From: Takakia lepidozioides | Lineage: Eukaryota > Plantae > Bryophyta | Assembly (NCBI GenBank): GCA_030704615.1 | Contig: CM060732.1 | Span: 65,906,001-65,970,000 of the forward strand | DNA: 64,000 bases | Reading direction: 5' to 3' | Shown: one piece after another, positions 51,096 to 64,000 of the stretch | Numbering within the stretch: position 1 is the first letter of the stretch | How the letters are laid out: each line of letters begins with the position of its first letter | Translations under genes and position numbers: made by a program | Notes under the pieces: model-generated | What the model was told of the DNA's origin: nothing | Databases searched by the model: none | What the model saw: only the letters and a program-made list of their open reading frames with translations

Positions 51096-51750
51096 TGCTT
51101 GCAGGGGTCTCGGGTCCGGAATTTCTGAGACAGATGCCCCCCACCTTAGCTCAGCAGCCTGCCCCTCCAAACTGCTGCAGGATGAGGGGCCTCCCGCCCC
51201 TTCACTACAAAAAGCCGGTAGTCGCTTCAGTATGGCCTCTTCTCCCTCCCAGCAAGAAGAGCTCTCTCCCCATCACCTTCATCCTAGAGCGTGCTCAGGC
51301 ATTCATCCAGCAAACAGTGCTGAGAACCCTTTTGGCATCTCCTCTCGAAATTCCCCAGCACGACGTGACCTTTCTATTATCTTCTTCAGCGCCGTGTCGG
51401 AGGCCCTTCCATCGGATCATTCCACTGAATTCTATTCCTCATAAAAGGTGGGTATTTACTCAGATCGAAAGAGAGTCATTGATTAAGGTACGGAGAAGAA
51501 TTCCTTGTCGGATATTCCTTGAGACATTTCTGACCTACTCATCAGATTCCCGGGCTGCCAGTGAAGGACGAAAGTGCAGGGACAGAAGGAAGAAGTGGTG
51601 TTTTGGACAGATTTCAGGGTTGGTTGCAGGTCGGACGGAAGAACCCATAATTTAGAAGAGAAGGATACGCAGAGGTTTCTGGGCTTGCACGCATTGGTAA
51701 TTTGATATATAATAAAGGTGGGATTGTGTTGGAGAGAGAGACGGAGGGCA

Positions 51751-54700
51751 ATGGTGGGAGTGTCGGAGGAAACGGAGCTAGCGAGATTGGAAAAGGAGGT
51801 TGAAGGAGGAGGTGGGGATGTGGCGGAATATTTAAGCTTAGTGAGGAAGCTTAAAGTTCGGCGATCCAGCAAAGTTGCCCGCCATGGCCTGGCTCTTTTG
51901 AACAATGCGGCGGCGAGATCTAAGCTAGGGGCTGATGGTAGGGGCATTTCGAACACTTTTGATGATCGCATGTTTATGTTTACTTAGGATGGGGGTGATG
52001 ATCGACTGTGCTGCCTGTGGCAGAGGGTAGAAGGCATGTTCGCAAGTTAGGGTTTAATGTAGAGAATGGTTGACCTCCACATTGGCCTTGTCTTCGTCCC
52101 GATCATGAACGCCTTCAATGTTCTAATCTATGAATATAGATTGATCGTCGCTTCGGCATTTTAAGGAACTGATAGATCACTTCTTGTGGTATTATCTAGA
52201 GCAACTTTGTTGCTGGTGGATGTGTTCCACCGGTATGCCATCAGCACGTTTTACCGAACGGGGTTTCGCGTAGAATGTTCTAATTACCTATGGATGCCCG
52301 TTAGCTGGGTATCACAACATGTAGCCTGCGGACAGTCCTCAAGAAAATCCTTGCTTGAGATGCCAAAAACTGGGCAATCGTCACGGGGACCCTTGCAGAA
52401 CTCGGCTCATGGGTACTTTTCTTTGCGGATGGAAGACTAGTAATCTGAAAGCTTGACCAGTGTATGCCACAGACGTTAAAATAATTTTGCAGGAGTCTTA
52501 AGAGGTCAATTGAATTTGCAGCTAGTAGGTTCACAGAATGTAGCCTCAAAAAGATTTGACACAGGCAATTCTATAGTAAACAGCTTGCCTGTTTCTTCCT
52601 TGTTGCCACACAGGTGAGAGGAGAATTGGGGTTGTAGAAGGGGATAGGGATAGTTTTGGTATCCTGTTTGATCTCATTGCTTGTAAGTACATTTCGTGCT
52701 CATGTGCAAATGGTGCTGACCAAATACTAGATACTACGGACTTCTGAACAGTATATACGGGACAAAGAATACTGAGAATTGGCTCCCGTGGAGGTTGGCG
52801 CAGTTTGGACAGTGTATGAGCAAGTGGCAATTGCTGCCATGGACTCCCATGCACTTGAAGCTGCAAAGGTACCACTTTATTTTCCTCATTTCATTTGAAA
52901 AATGGTAACTGTTGGGACTCGTTTATCTCCAATTTCAACTACTGATGGATCTTATTGAATGGTCACAATGGAAGGTTCAAAAATGTCTGTGGACAGGCAG
53001 GTTTTGTTCAGAGATTTCAACAAGATTCCAGTTTTAATTGGCGTGGATGGAATCTGTCTGCTGTTTTAGCTTGCATACTTACTCATAGTCTCGGTGTGGA
53101 TGACATGGGTCGCAGGATTGTGTTGGGGCTCTGATGACAAGATTTCCTGAGAGCATGCGTGTCGGTAGGTGCAGCATGCTTTCATAGTTGTGTCTACACC
53201 TCTTTCTGTGGACGTTAGAGAGTTCCTTTCTTTATTGCTTTCTTTCGCTGCGTTGTTTAAAGCCCAAGCCTCATCTGGTATTGTTCTTTCATAACATTTT
53301 TTGTCTGTGTTGAAGGAATTGATTTTGTCATAAAAGTCTAAGCAAGGTTGGTGGAGATATTTGCAGGGCGTTTGGAGGGAATGTGGCTGGAGGCCAAGGG
53401 AGCATGGCCACAAGCTGAGAAAGTGTATTTGAATCTTCTGTCTGACAACCCTTCTGATGCTGTCAGTTCACATCCTTCTCCCGTTCTGTTTGATTACTCG
53501 TTGTTATTTGTTTTTTATGGATGTGATTGTGCCTTTTGTGTGTGAGAGATGTACCCCTTGACTGTTCCCATTGAACGGTGGCTATGACATAACCTTAATG
53601 GCATAGGTCCCACCAGATATCTACCCTACCACGGTTGTGACGCTTCATCCCACAGGGCATTGAATCACATCCTGGAATGGCCATAGGACTCCTCCCACAA
53701 CCAACAGCAACTTCAAGAAGAATGGTTCATGTCAACAGGGGTCCAGTGAGACAGACAACCAGACAGCAGTTGGACATCCGGCTTTACTAACTGGAGAGCA
53801 GTCTGGTCACTGCGGATTCAATAGCTAAAGAGAGAAGGAGAGAAGACTCCGGCTGAAACCGGCGCATGGAATAGCTCAAGACGTATATTGTCTGCCTGTC
53901 AAGTTGCCTTGTTGTAGGGACTAATGTGTTGGGATTCTGGGTGTTTTGCAGCAACTTCATAAAAGGAGAGTGGCTATGGCAAAAGCTCAGGGCAACTTGA
54001 TTGGAGCTGTTGAATCATTGAATAAGTACCTGGAAACGTATGATTTTTGAAGCATCCATTCACATTTTTTGTGTCTATATGTTTGACATTTTACTAGCTT
54101 TGGTAACCCATTTATTGATGGGTGGTACAGATGTATCAATGCTCACAGCTTTCATAAATACAGGTGGCTGTGCATGTGGATGCCATTACTGTTGTATGCA
54201 TGAGTTCTTTCTCAGATTACCACTGAATTAATTAAGGTCTTTCTTAGTTTTCTGTGTACTGGGTCCTGTTGTGTACTGTGTCAAGACTCCTCTATTACTC
54301 GTGTGCAAAGTTGACTTGGATATGGTCTATATTTTTCCTTCAATTTACCTCTCATATGTGAGCCCGGAGTCCTCCTCCGCTCTCACATAGATATATGCTC
54401 GGGGATACTTGGATAAACTAAGCATGTTACCACGGTTCACTACTTACCGACGCAAGCCATAATGTCAGTCCAAAAGCACAATAAGTAGAGTAAGCTGTTT
54501 TAGGGTTGAGTTAAGTGCTCGACAAGGGGTGCTGTGTGGTATGCTTTCAACTGTACTTTAGAGTTAGTGGTTGATAAGCTTGCTCAGCATCGTTTTCTTA
54601 TTTTGCAGGTTTATGGCGGACTACGATGCTTGGAGAGAACTAGCTGACATCTATATCTCACTTCAAATGTAAGTGCACTTCAGGAATCCAGGGCTGAGTT

Positions 54701-55892
54701 GCAATCTCAATGCCAAAGAATGAATTCTGTAGACATCCTAGCCTTGCGGCGATGAATTCTGCACCCAGTTTGGAGAGATCAGAAAAGACAGGGAAGAGAG
54801 GAGGTTGAGAGGCGGAGGATTGATGGGGGGTCATGCTCCAGGGTTGGAAGTTGGAACCTGCCTTTGTAGACCTATCTAGTTGTTATCTGCCAGATTGCAG
54901 CCAGAAAGCTCTTCACCATCAATCAAATGGAAGGATTCGCTTTTGACTTTCTGGGGGAGGAGGAAGCTATGAAGAGAAAGGTGAGTATTCAAAAGAGTAT
55001 CCTTGGAGTTTGGCACTTGCAAACTCGGAGGATAGTCTTTTGAATGGAAACAATAAGGCAGAATCTGACAACATTAATGGGTTGGATGTCTGTAACAGGT
55101 ATAAGCAGGCTGCCTTCTGCTTTGAGGAGCTTGTATTGTCACAGCCTTCGAATGCTCTCTTTCACTTGGGCTATGCTGAGGTAGGTACCAGCAGCATTCA
55201 TTGCTAAAAAGTTGGCCAGTCATTTTCTCACAGAACTTGGAATTCCTGCAGATTCACTGTCTATGATAACGTGAGGTAGTAGCTGTGTGTGGGTCTTTTC
55301 GGTTACAGGAGTGGATGTCAGATATGCCTTGCAAGTTGTCCTCCTTTCTGCTTGAATTCAGACACCTCATGCATTTGCAGCACATAGATGCTGACAGTTT
55401 TCCTCTATACGTTCACAGTTGCTGTACACATTGGGAGGTGTGGACAACTTGCGGGCTGCCCGGAAATATTTTTCGGCCGCAATTGAACTTAGTGGGGGCA
55501 AGAATATGCGCGCCCTATATGGAGTTTGCCTGGTAGGAAGTTTGGTGGCTTCACCTTCTCACTATCTGCTTGTTAATTTCACCCACCACAGCACCAGTAC
55601 CCCAGCCAGTTAGCTGTGGCAAGGCAAACGCTAGCTTTCTTTGGTTCAGTTTTGTCTGTCATCAGTTAAAAATTTGTCACTTTCATGCGTAACATTTGTC
55701 AATTTTGTGGTGTGCCAGTGTGGAGCTGCAATCAACCAGATGAAAGGGCGTGGCCGAGAAGAGAAAGAGAGCTTTGACCTTGTTTCTTTAGCTGCATCAG
55801 TCATTGTGAAGGAATACAAAGAGAAGTCTCCCCACAAGGTTGTGTTAGTCTCATCCTTTGTAGACAAGCAGAGGATCATGGCAGCTGCTTAA
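51751..55892 (+). CDS. EMC2: ER membrane protein complex subunit 2 (TPR)
   Basis: Exons encode VWTVYEQVAIAAMD, FPESMRV|GRLEGMWLEAKG, HKRRVAMAKAQG, FMADYDAWRELADIY, YKQAAFCFEELVLSQP, ARKYFSAAIELSGGKNMRALYG. Confidence 0.93.
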
Positions 55893-57076
55893 CCACATAG
55901 ACTAAGACCATGTTGGGCGAACCATATGGCCAGAAACAGAGGGGCGGGGTCAAGCTGGAGGCTGGTTCTTAGGCGATTAGAACCCCATTCTACAACAGAG
56001 GGGTGGTGGATATTCTTTAGTGTTATTTGTGTGAGCAGTAGGAGAGCTCTATAACAACGTTATTTCTTCAGCAATTCAAAGGTCACCCATACTCTCACCA
56101 GTTTGGAGCAATGAAGGAAGGGCCTGGGCTGTCGTAGACTTACATTCAGTTAGCAGTCATGTAACAAAATTGTGGAAGAAGTACATGGCCTTCCCGTGCT
56201 TCTTGCCCTGTGGATCCCTACAGTATATTGAGACCAATAGCAATTCTTCAATGTTGTCGCAAGTGTGGTCAATAGAATTTGTTTTTGGGCTGTGTCCGTG
56301 ATTGAGTTGGTGTTGATAATCCACTATGAGATGGCATTGCAACCACACAACCTTTCCATCTACTTGCCACAGTTGCTTATCAAATGCAGTTAAACAGCTG
56401 AAGAAGGTTTGTTTTTCTATGTCGGCATGGCATACTCATATGTCTCAACTGCACTCTTTGTGGCATGTCATCATTATCCAATGTTGTTGCCGGAACCGGG
56501 CTTACAAGGGACAGCAGCTCACCCTTCCTGCTGATATCAACCCCGTCCCGGAGCAACCCCGTCCCAGACCCACCGGCACCCAGACCTGTTCGCAACCTCC
56601 TTGCCACTCTCCCGGGAGGCTAACAAACAAGCTACTGCATCAATTAGCCACACTAAGGTCCGTGCCTAAGTGAGGACGCATTCAACGTCGGGCATCTTCT
56701 CTTCTTTCTCTAAGTATGTTGGTGGCGTTTCCCAACGGATTGAATGAAAGGGGGTTAATTTTCCCCCTCCTTGGTTCTTTAATTTTCCAAGGAAAAACAA
56801 AACAAAACAAAACAAAACAAGCCTCAAATGGCCATTGGCTCTCTTGCTTGGCGATAAGAGGAAGGTAAGACAAGGGGGCATGAGTCAGCACAATTGGACC
56901 AATCGGAGCCTTGACACGCTGTAAGGTCCTTTGACCACATGTTCTCCGTTGACTTGCATGTCTCCACAAAGTCTCTCTTTGTTATATCTACATACATATA
57001 TGAAAAGAATCGTCCCCCCGCTGGGCGAAGACTGAGAGAGAGAGAGAGAGAGAAGAAGGGGGCCAAGGACGAAGAG

Positions 57077-60000
57077 ATGGGGGCGGAGATGGAGCCCGAC
57101 GAGTTTGACGATATGCCCATTTCCAATCCCTTGCCCCCCCCCCCTCGCCCTCACACAGACAAGGAGAGACGGGACAAGGAGCGGCGTGATATCAAGGAGA
57201 ATGGAGATGAAGCAGAACGCCTTGGGAATCTGTCCAATGCAGATTTCAGGAAAATGGTCATGGATACGCCGCGCAGAGGGGATGATAAGAACAAGGAGCG
57301 ACCCAGAAGGTTTGACCCGTACATAATCCTTAACCCACCCCCTTCCCCCCCCCAACTTTGTCGAGCAACTGTACTGTGAGATTTGTATCAGAACTTGTGA
57401 TGGCAGTCGAATGAGTTGATTTGGAATTCTAGTATTACTTTGGTGTTTCGCCTTGGGGCTGAAGATACACGGATGGACTAACGAGGCCAGTCATTGTCAT
57501 TTAGAAGGTTTTTTTGGATATTGAAGTTCACGTCAATCTGTGGATCACATGGGGCATGCCGCTGAGGGCTAGTGGATTTTGGAGAGTTGTGAATGTATTT
57601 TCAATTTTCCTGTATTCACTCTCGCTAGTCCCTGTTTTAAAACCCTCCAAGTCAAGTAAAACCCTTCAAGGGAGAGGCCCAAGTCTCGCTGACGTTTTTT
57701 AAGGTTGCTTGTTTTCTGCCAATTGGCAAATGTTTGGCGAATATTCTGCTGATTCCTACTCCAGGTTTTCACTGAGAGACCTTTCCAACGGACGGCCTTT
57801 GCATCACCAGTATACTTTGTCTTACTTTAAAGTGACCGTTTCTTTAGGTCATCTTGTATTGATCTGGCAAAGAGAGAGGGAGACTGCATTTTAGGTTCTA
57901 ATTGTAGGTCGAAGGTTTAGTCATGGTCAGTCGTATCGATGATGATCAGCTGTGGCTCTGGAAATTGTACATGAAGCATCCTTCTGTCCACTCTCTTACC
58001 TCCAGACTGTACCTTTTTTTCCCCATCCACCCAACTTGGTAAGTGTGGGATCGAGAAAGCTACTTTTGTTTTCTGTTGTCCACCAATATTCAAATAGGTA
58101 TTAATCCTGAGGTTCGAAAATCCTCCCATGTCTGTTACATTCACTGACCCTCAGGAGAAGTACAATTGTGATGTCAGAAACCATTTTCTCAAAATGGAAC
58201 AATACGAATCAGCCCTGAGTTGTTTCTCTCCCTCAAGACGAAGGACACTGTAACTTCTGTCTCAAGACGGGCTTAGGCACTTTGGTGCACACTAACGACT
58301 TGTTTTAGTTTCTTAAGACACACACACACTCTCTCTGAAGATGTCCTCAGCAAGAGTTTTGGGGCTGGCAATTGCAGCCGTAGCAGGCGAGCAGATGAGG
58401 AAGAAGCCGAGGGTGAGAAGCGCAACCAGCGGAAGTTTCGTCCTAAGCCTAAAGAGTGAGCTTCTTTCTCTTGTGATGGAATTTTCCATCTAGTCTGTTT
58501 GTTCATGGGTTTTTCACAACTGGAACACTTCCATAGTTCATTCTAGCTTTCCAGCAGTCTTTGCTCAGGTTCTTTTCAGGATAGCAACCATCAGTCGGTC
58601 TTGTCAAGTGTTGTGCTGATGAATGAATAAGAAGCTTAGGAGCTCACAAAGCAGAGTAGAGAGTGTCAAGCAGAAGAAAACAGTATTGGTTTAATTGATT
58701 GTTGTCTAATGCTAGTGTGCAATTTTGAAATTTTTTAGTCCTACAAGTTATTTGGTATGTGAAGAGATGGTGGATATGATGGGTTTAGGGAGGAGAAGGC
58801 AGGGGACGATGGAGAGTTGCCACGATACCGCGACCGTGCCAAGGAGCGCAGAGAGGATGTCAATCCTGATTATGAAGCAACGGCTGCTGAGCTTGGCTCA
58901 CTGCACGCCGTCGCACCACCTGGCACAGTTGACTTGCGGTACAATTTTGTCTTGCCAGGGATGGAAGTTTAAGGTGGTTTGTGCATGGTAGAGCTTGCTT
59001 CCATGCAGTTATTGATGGCCAAGCATTGCTAGCCGGGTCCCTACACTGTCACAGCTGTGGTCTCTTGTGATTCAGGAATGAAACTGGCTTGGAGATATCT
59101 TTGATTTGATGAAATACTAGCTTGCTTAAGAAGCAAGTTAGTCTCAACCAAGTGGCATATGGGATGGTTTGCAGGATAGCGGATGCACATCGGATATCAA
59201 TTGAGAACAGCAAGTTTCTTGGAGGTATATTGATCTGTTTTCAAAGACATGCACCCTATACTGCCTTGGGGCCTACATCTTGGTCCTGACAAAGAGGGAA
59301 TATAATGTCGCAGGTTGTGTCTAATTCAACATTGCTGACTCCAAGACTGTTATGTTCAACATCAGTGTCAAAAGATTTTCTCTGATGGAAAGATGTCTGT
59401 TCATGTATGATCATTATACAGGGGATGTGGAGCATACTCATTTGGTGAAGGGACTTGACTATGCACTGCTGCACAAAGTTCGGAGTGAAATTGACAAGCG
59501 CCCCGAGGATGAGGAAGTCCCAGAGAATGCAAAGCAGAGGTATTGTTGGGATCTATTGTCGCAATGATGATTATGGGGTCTAACACTTATATGGGGCATG
59601 TAAGGTGTAGTAGGGACCCCAACAGATGTGAACCAAGGTTGCTGAAAATGTTTTTGTGGAGTAACCAGGCAGCGCCAAGAGGACCAGGCAATGGCATTCC
59701 GCACTTCTGCAGCCCAGGTAAGATTTTCTATCATTCAATTTTGCAATTGTCCTGAGTTGTTGTCTAACCTAGTGTGGACCTTTGAGAAGCCACGTTCAGC
59801 GCATTTGGTGTTTCTTGGTTCAGGGAAGACATGAGAGTGCACTTGACCGAAAGGTTCTCATATAAAAAGTACAACATACTAATGGTGAGTGGTGTTTATT
59901 AATCCATGTATCTGCAATTTGCTGGGTTTCAGTTGGTGTATCAATGGATTGTGAAGCCACAGACAATCAACAAGGTGAATGAGATGTTTCTTCCAGGCCG

Positions 60001-62454
60001 CACTGCCTATGTTTTTGACATGGTGAGCCCCTTTCACCTTCTCTCATGGTAGCACTGTGCCTAGGAAATTCCTTCTGGCATTGTAGACAGTTTTTCTCCG
60101 GTTGAGAAGGGAGTAAGGCCTAGACGTATTTGAGCATGATACATTTAAAATTGTATGTCAGTGGTGGGCTCCCTAAGTGGAGTCTTCAGGGATTGTGACA
60201 AATTGTTCATGTGGCTCTTGACATTTGCTGAACTTCGAATTGTGCCCAGGATGAGGAGTTTGCGCATGACATACCCACCACCGTACATCGGAGCAAGGCA
60301 GACTGTCCACCCCCACAAGTCAGAAGCTCTTTCCTGACACCATTCCCGTTTCTGAGTCTTCAAAACTTTGCAATACAAACTGTTTTGGAAATGTTAATGG
60401 TTTGCTTACGTGGGAAACTGATTCTGAAGGGGTACTGATGCCATGCAAACATCAACCATAGCTGGTGGTAAATCCATACAAGTTTACCGGCCGTGTAGGA
60501 TATACTTAGCAAGGAATTGTAGCCATTTCTCGTTTATGTTTGCACTCCTGTTCTTGCTGTATGATGTCCATATATATATATTCATTTATCAGCAAGATTT
60601 GCAAGGTGTATTGCTTAAGTCCCCGTTTCTGTCCATTGGCTTTTACCTGATTTAGTCAAGTGGATGTGGATGATTGAAAGTAAGTTGGGCTGCAGGAAAC
60701 TGTCACAGTGGGGGTGGATGGGACGGTATTAGAGCGGATTGCCAAAATTATGGCTTACCTCCGGTTGGGCTCCTCGGGAAAGGTGCCTTACCCTTGTCTT
60801 CTCTTCTCTGGTGTTTTCAGTTCAGTAACTCTAGTAGCTTTCAAGATCTTTGCTTTCCTTTGCAGGAAGAAGTGAAGAAGGGCTTGGGTGATTGGCCGAC
60901 ATATCCAAGTCAGGACAAGTTGGTCACAAGAAGGGCTTGTGATTGTTCAACATGTCCTACTGATGTTCTGCTTTGGACTGAACTCATTTTACTACTTGTG
61001 GGTTTTGGCAATAGCTTATGACTCTTTTGTTTGAATTTTGTTGTTCAGTTACTGAAGAAGAAGAAGAAAGACAAGGGTGATGTCAGAGGTAAGACGTTTA
61101 CTCAATCTAGTTGGATACGTGAGCAATTCGGTTTGACACTAGATGGTAAGTGATTTTGCGGGCCCATTCTATGATGCGTGTGCCTTTGACTTGGACTCCT
61201 GTTAACCTAACATAGCTGTATTTCTATGTATTCTCATTGTTATTGAGCAGGAAAGAGTTTTCCCACTTTAGCAAATGACAATGGAGTTTCCGATGGCGGC
61301 GAAAAGGGAGTGACCAACGGCACCACAGGACGTCCACATGAGCATGATATGCTCCCCCCTCCCCCACCTCGCAAATCCTTTGCTGATCTGAGAGAACCAA
61401 TGATGAACCCAGCAGCACCAATTGTTGGTCCTCCGAGTGAGGCTAATGATATATTTGAGGGGGTGGGTTCTGATTATGTGCCAACTGTGCGTGCGGACGC
61501 TCAAAGCCCTGTGTCTGAGGATATGGAAGAATCCCCACGGGAGAATGAACGACATTCTTACTTCAGCGAACCTTTTGGGCCTGCTCCCCCTCCTCAAGAC
61601 CATAACCAGGGCTGGGAGCATCAAGTATGTATCTCTAACTCTGTACCCTCTTGCAGAGCACTCCCTTAATCATGTGTACATCATAAACTTCCAAAATTGC
61701 ATGCATGTAGCTAATTCTAGTAGCCTTTCAAGAATTATAATGATCCTGTGGCATTCTCTTTTTTTTATGGATTGGATGCAGGCGGGATATGATAATGTCA
61801 TGCAAGGGCCAGCACTACCACCTGTCTACCCAACGGGTGAATGGAACGAGTACCCAGCACCTCCTCCTGAAACATATGCAGGACCTTGGCCACCTGAGCA
61901 ATATGCTGCTTATGCTGAGCAATATGGGAACCCTCTTGTAAGTGTGCAGTGTCTTGAATTTCTGTGCCTTGTTCAGAAATTCTCTTCTTGACTCGTCTGT
62001 TCAAGACTTGAAGTGGATTAGTAATAAGAAAGCCCCTAGTTTGGAGTGTATTACTGTTTAGATGTTCATGATGCTTATGCTCAGCGCCTACATACTCTTC
62101 TTTTGATGTCTAGTTCACTACTACGAGATTTTTATGGCCAATTCTCCACAACAAATACTGCAGGTGGCAGATGATTTTGCTACGGCTGGCCCCCCTATGC
62201 CAGCACGAGACCCACGCCTAATGACCCAGGAAGAGAAAGACAGGGGTTTGGGTTCAGTTTTTAAGCGTGATGACCAGCAGCTGCAACAGCGGCGTGAACG
62301 CGATTCTCGTGAAAAGGACCCCAACTTCATATCCGAGAGCTACTCGGAGTGCTATCCGGGCTACCAAGAATATAATCGTGAAATTGTGGACAGCGATGAG
62401 GATGAGGATTTGACCAAAATGGATATGGGTGGCCGAGTAAGGATTTCTTTTCCC

Positions 62455-62497
<43 letters not shown>

Positions 62498-63361
62498 AAA
62501 CTCAGGGGTGAGTTTGGCATCCCGTCCTTAAGCTCCCAACAAGATGAATTCAAGGTCAGATGGTGGGGTCAGCTGCAACATATGTCCAACACCAGATATC
62601 CTAAGTTAATCGACTCTATATCTTGGAAACAGGACCGCCCTGTCAAACAGGCTAAGTCCTGGCAGAAGAGAGTAGAAGAGATCTAGAGGGTATCTAGAAA
62701 ACTTGGATTAATTGTCTGTTTCAAGGTAAGTCATACTACCGGCGTCAGCCACTGACAAAGGTAGTTTCTGTCCCTTGGTGTTCCGCTCATACTTTTGAGT
62801 ATGATGCACAGCCCTGAAATTAACTACCCACTCCGCAGGGCGCTGGGTTAGCATTTTCACTGTTTGCTGAATGTTGCTTTCTGTCTGTCTTTCTCTTATT
62901 TTCTCTCGTGCTAAGTTGCTTGAGACAGTCTAGACCATACTTATCGCATGTGACCTCCATACTCGGGCTATACTTGGGCAACTGTTTGGTATCTGGAGGA
63001 TGAAGACCCTTTTCCACCCTGTAGGACCCTACCCTGGAGTGTTAGACATATATGAACATCAATCTATTTCATGCAGGCAAAAGGGCGGCTCCATCGGTGG
63101 GATTTTGAGACAGAGGATGAGTGGGCCAAGTACAACGAGCAAAAGGAAGCCATGCCCAAGGCAGCATTTCAATTTGGAGTCAAAATGCAAGATGGTCGCA
63201 AAACAAGGAAGCAAAACAAAGACCAAAAGCTCAATAATGAGCTTCATAAGATAAACAAGATATTGGACCGCAAGAAGAAGGACAAGGCAGGTGGTGGGTA
63301 CGGTGAAGATGGTGGCGGCCATGATGATGATGTGCATCCTGGCAAGCGTGCGCGTACGTAA
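57077..63361 (+). CDS. SMU2: RED/IK spliceosomal protein (suppressor of mec-8 and unc-52 homolog 2)
   Basis: LSNADFRK, YRDRAKERRE, SKFLGGDVEHTHLVKGLDYALL, EMFLPGRTAY, SESYSECYPG, RWDFETEDEWAKYNEQKEAMPKAAFQFGVKMQDGRKTRK. Confidence 0.93.
62497..62710 (+). mobile_element. Short LINE ORF2 C-terminal fragment next to (TC)n in a SMU2 intron
   Basis: Translates LRGEFGIPSLSSQQDEFKVRWWGQLQHMSNTRYPKLI...KSWQKRVEEI, resembling the post-RT region of non-LTR elements. Confidence 0.55.
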
Positions 63362-64000
63362 TTCCAGTCACTAGAGAAATTATTTTCCTACAGAAGTTTT
63401 TTCTTCCTCCTATTTTCTGGGAACAGTCAGGCATCTTGCATTGCTTTGACACTTTGCACACGCACAGGAGTGGATCATGTACATTACCATATCTTGCTCA
63501 GAACATCTCCCACCTTGGACTCTGGTATGATTTAAGAAGAGGAACTCGAGAGTATCAATGCGAGACCCCTGTTTTGGTTCATAGTTCGCTATTACAGCCT
63601 GGCCAATTGATAAATAGTAGTTTGCGATAATGGGGATGGCACAATTAAAGATGCTGAGTGGTAACAGTCTAGTGCCTTGCAATTGTCCAGGACCAATTTG
63701 CCTGTCTTTCTCAGGACAGATGTTTTGGGATCTTTGGCCCACAAGCCACCTAATACCTTCTTTCCATGCAGTGTCAAGGAACACTGGATTCAAGTTAAAG
63801 CTAGGTACAAGTAAAGTTATATAAACATTAATTTACTTGAATGATCTTAATTGGCAGAGCACATTAATAAGGTCTCGAGGGTTAACCAACACCACCTCTT
63901 GTAACATGACTGCTAGCTAAGCAGTTGGCCAAAATGTGTATGGCCCTTGTTGTCTGTCACGTCTGTTGTGTTGTGAGCTGATTTGGGGAGAGGGAGACCA

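Noticed and set aside
56150-56720. Small spliced gene between EMC2 and SMU2
   Set aside because: Splice-like signals exist, but I found no consistent reading frame or homology.

Overview
Gene-dense eukaryotic DNA from a non-seed land plant. PLS/DYW PPR editing genes plus the axonemal assembly gene DNAAF1/ODA7 indicate flagellated sperm; the compact layout suggests a hornwort, which is an inference. Genes: DUF4477/NEPRO-like gene (-), PDX1, ATP23, a conserved uncharacterised plant gene, FAM32A, two tandem TIP30/FMP52-like SDR genes, a frameshifted BTB/POZ gene, DNAAF1/ODA7, EMC2 and SMU2/RED, plus three related PLS-PPR loci. Most notable: (1) two PPR genes whose spliced N-termini carry OSB-type 'PDF' ssDNA-binding motifs, one with an intact DYW deaminase; (2) a tandem TRIM retroelement with a 5-bp TSD whose LTRs contain a whole tRNA-like Pol III cassette; (3) a Gypsy-like element with split direct repeats (B..A-B-A), TG..CA ends, a 4-bp TSD, a PHD finger and a hairpin array; (4) a fungal-looking TIP30/FMP52 pair in which one copy lacks the SDR catalytic Tyr; (5) a probable U12-type intron. 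All exon structures were read by eye and need transcript confirmation.
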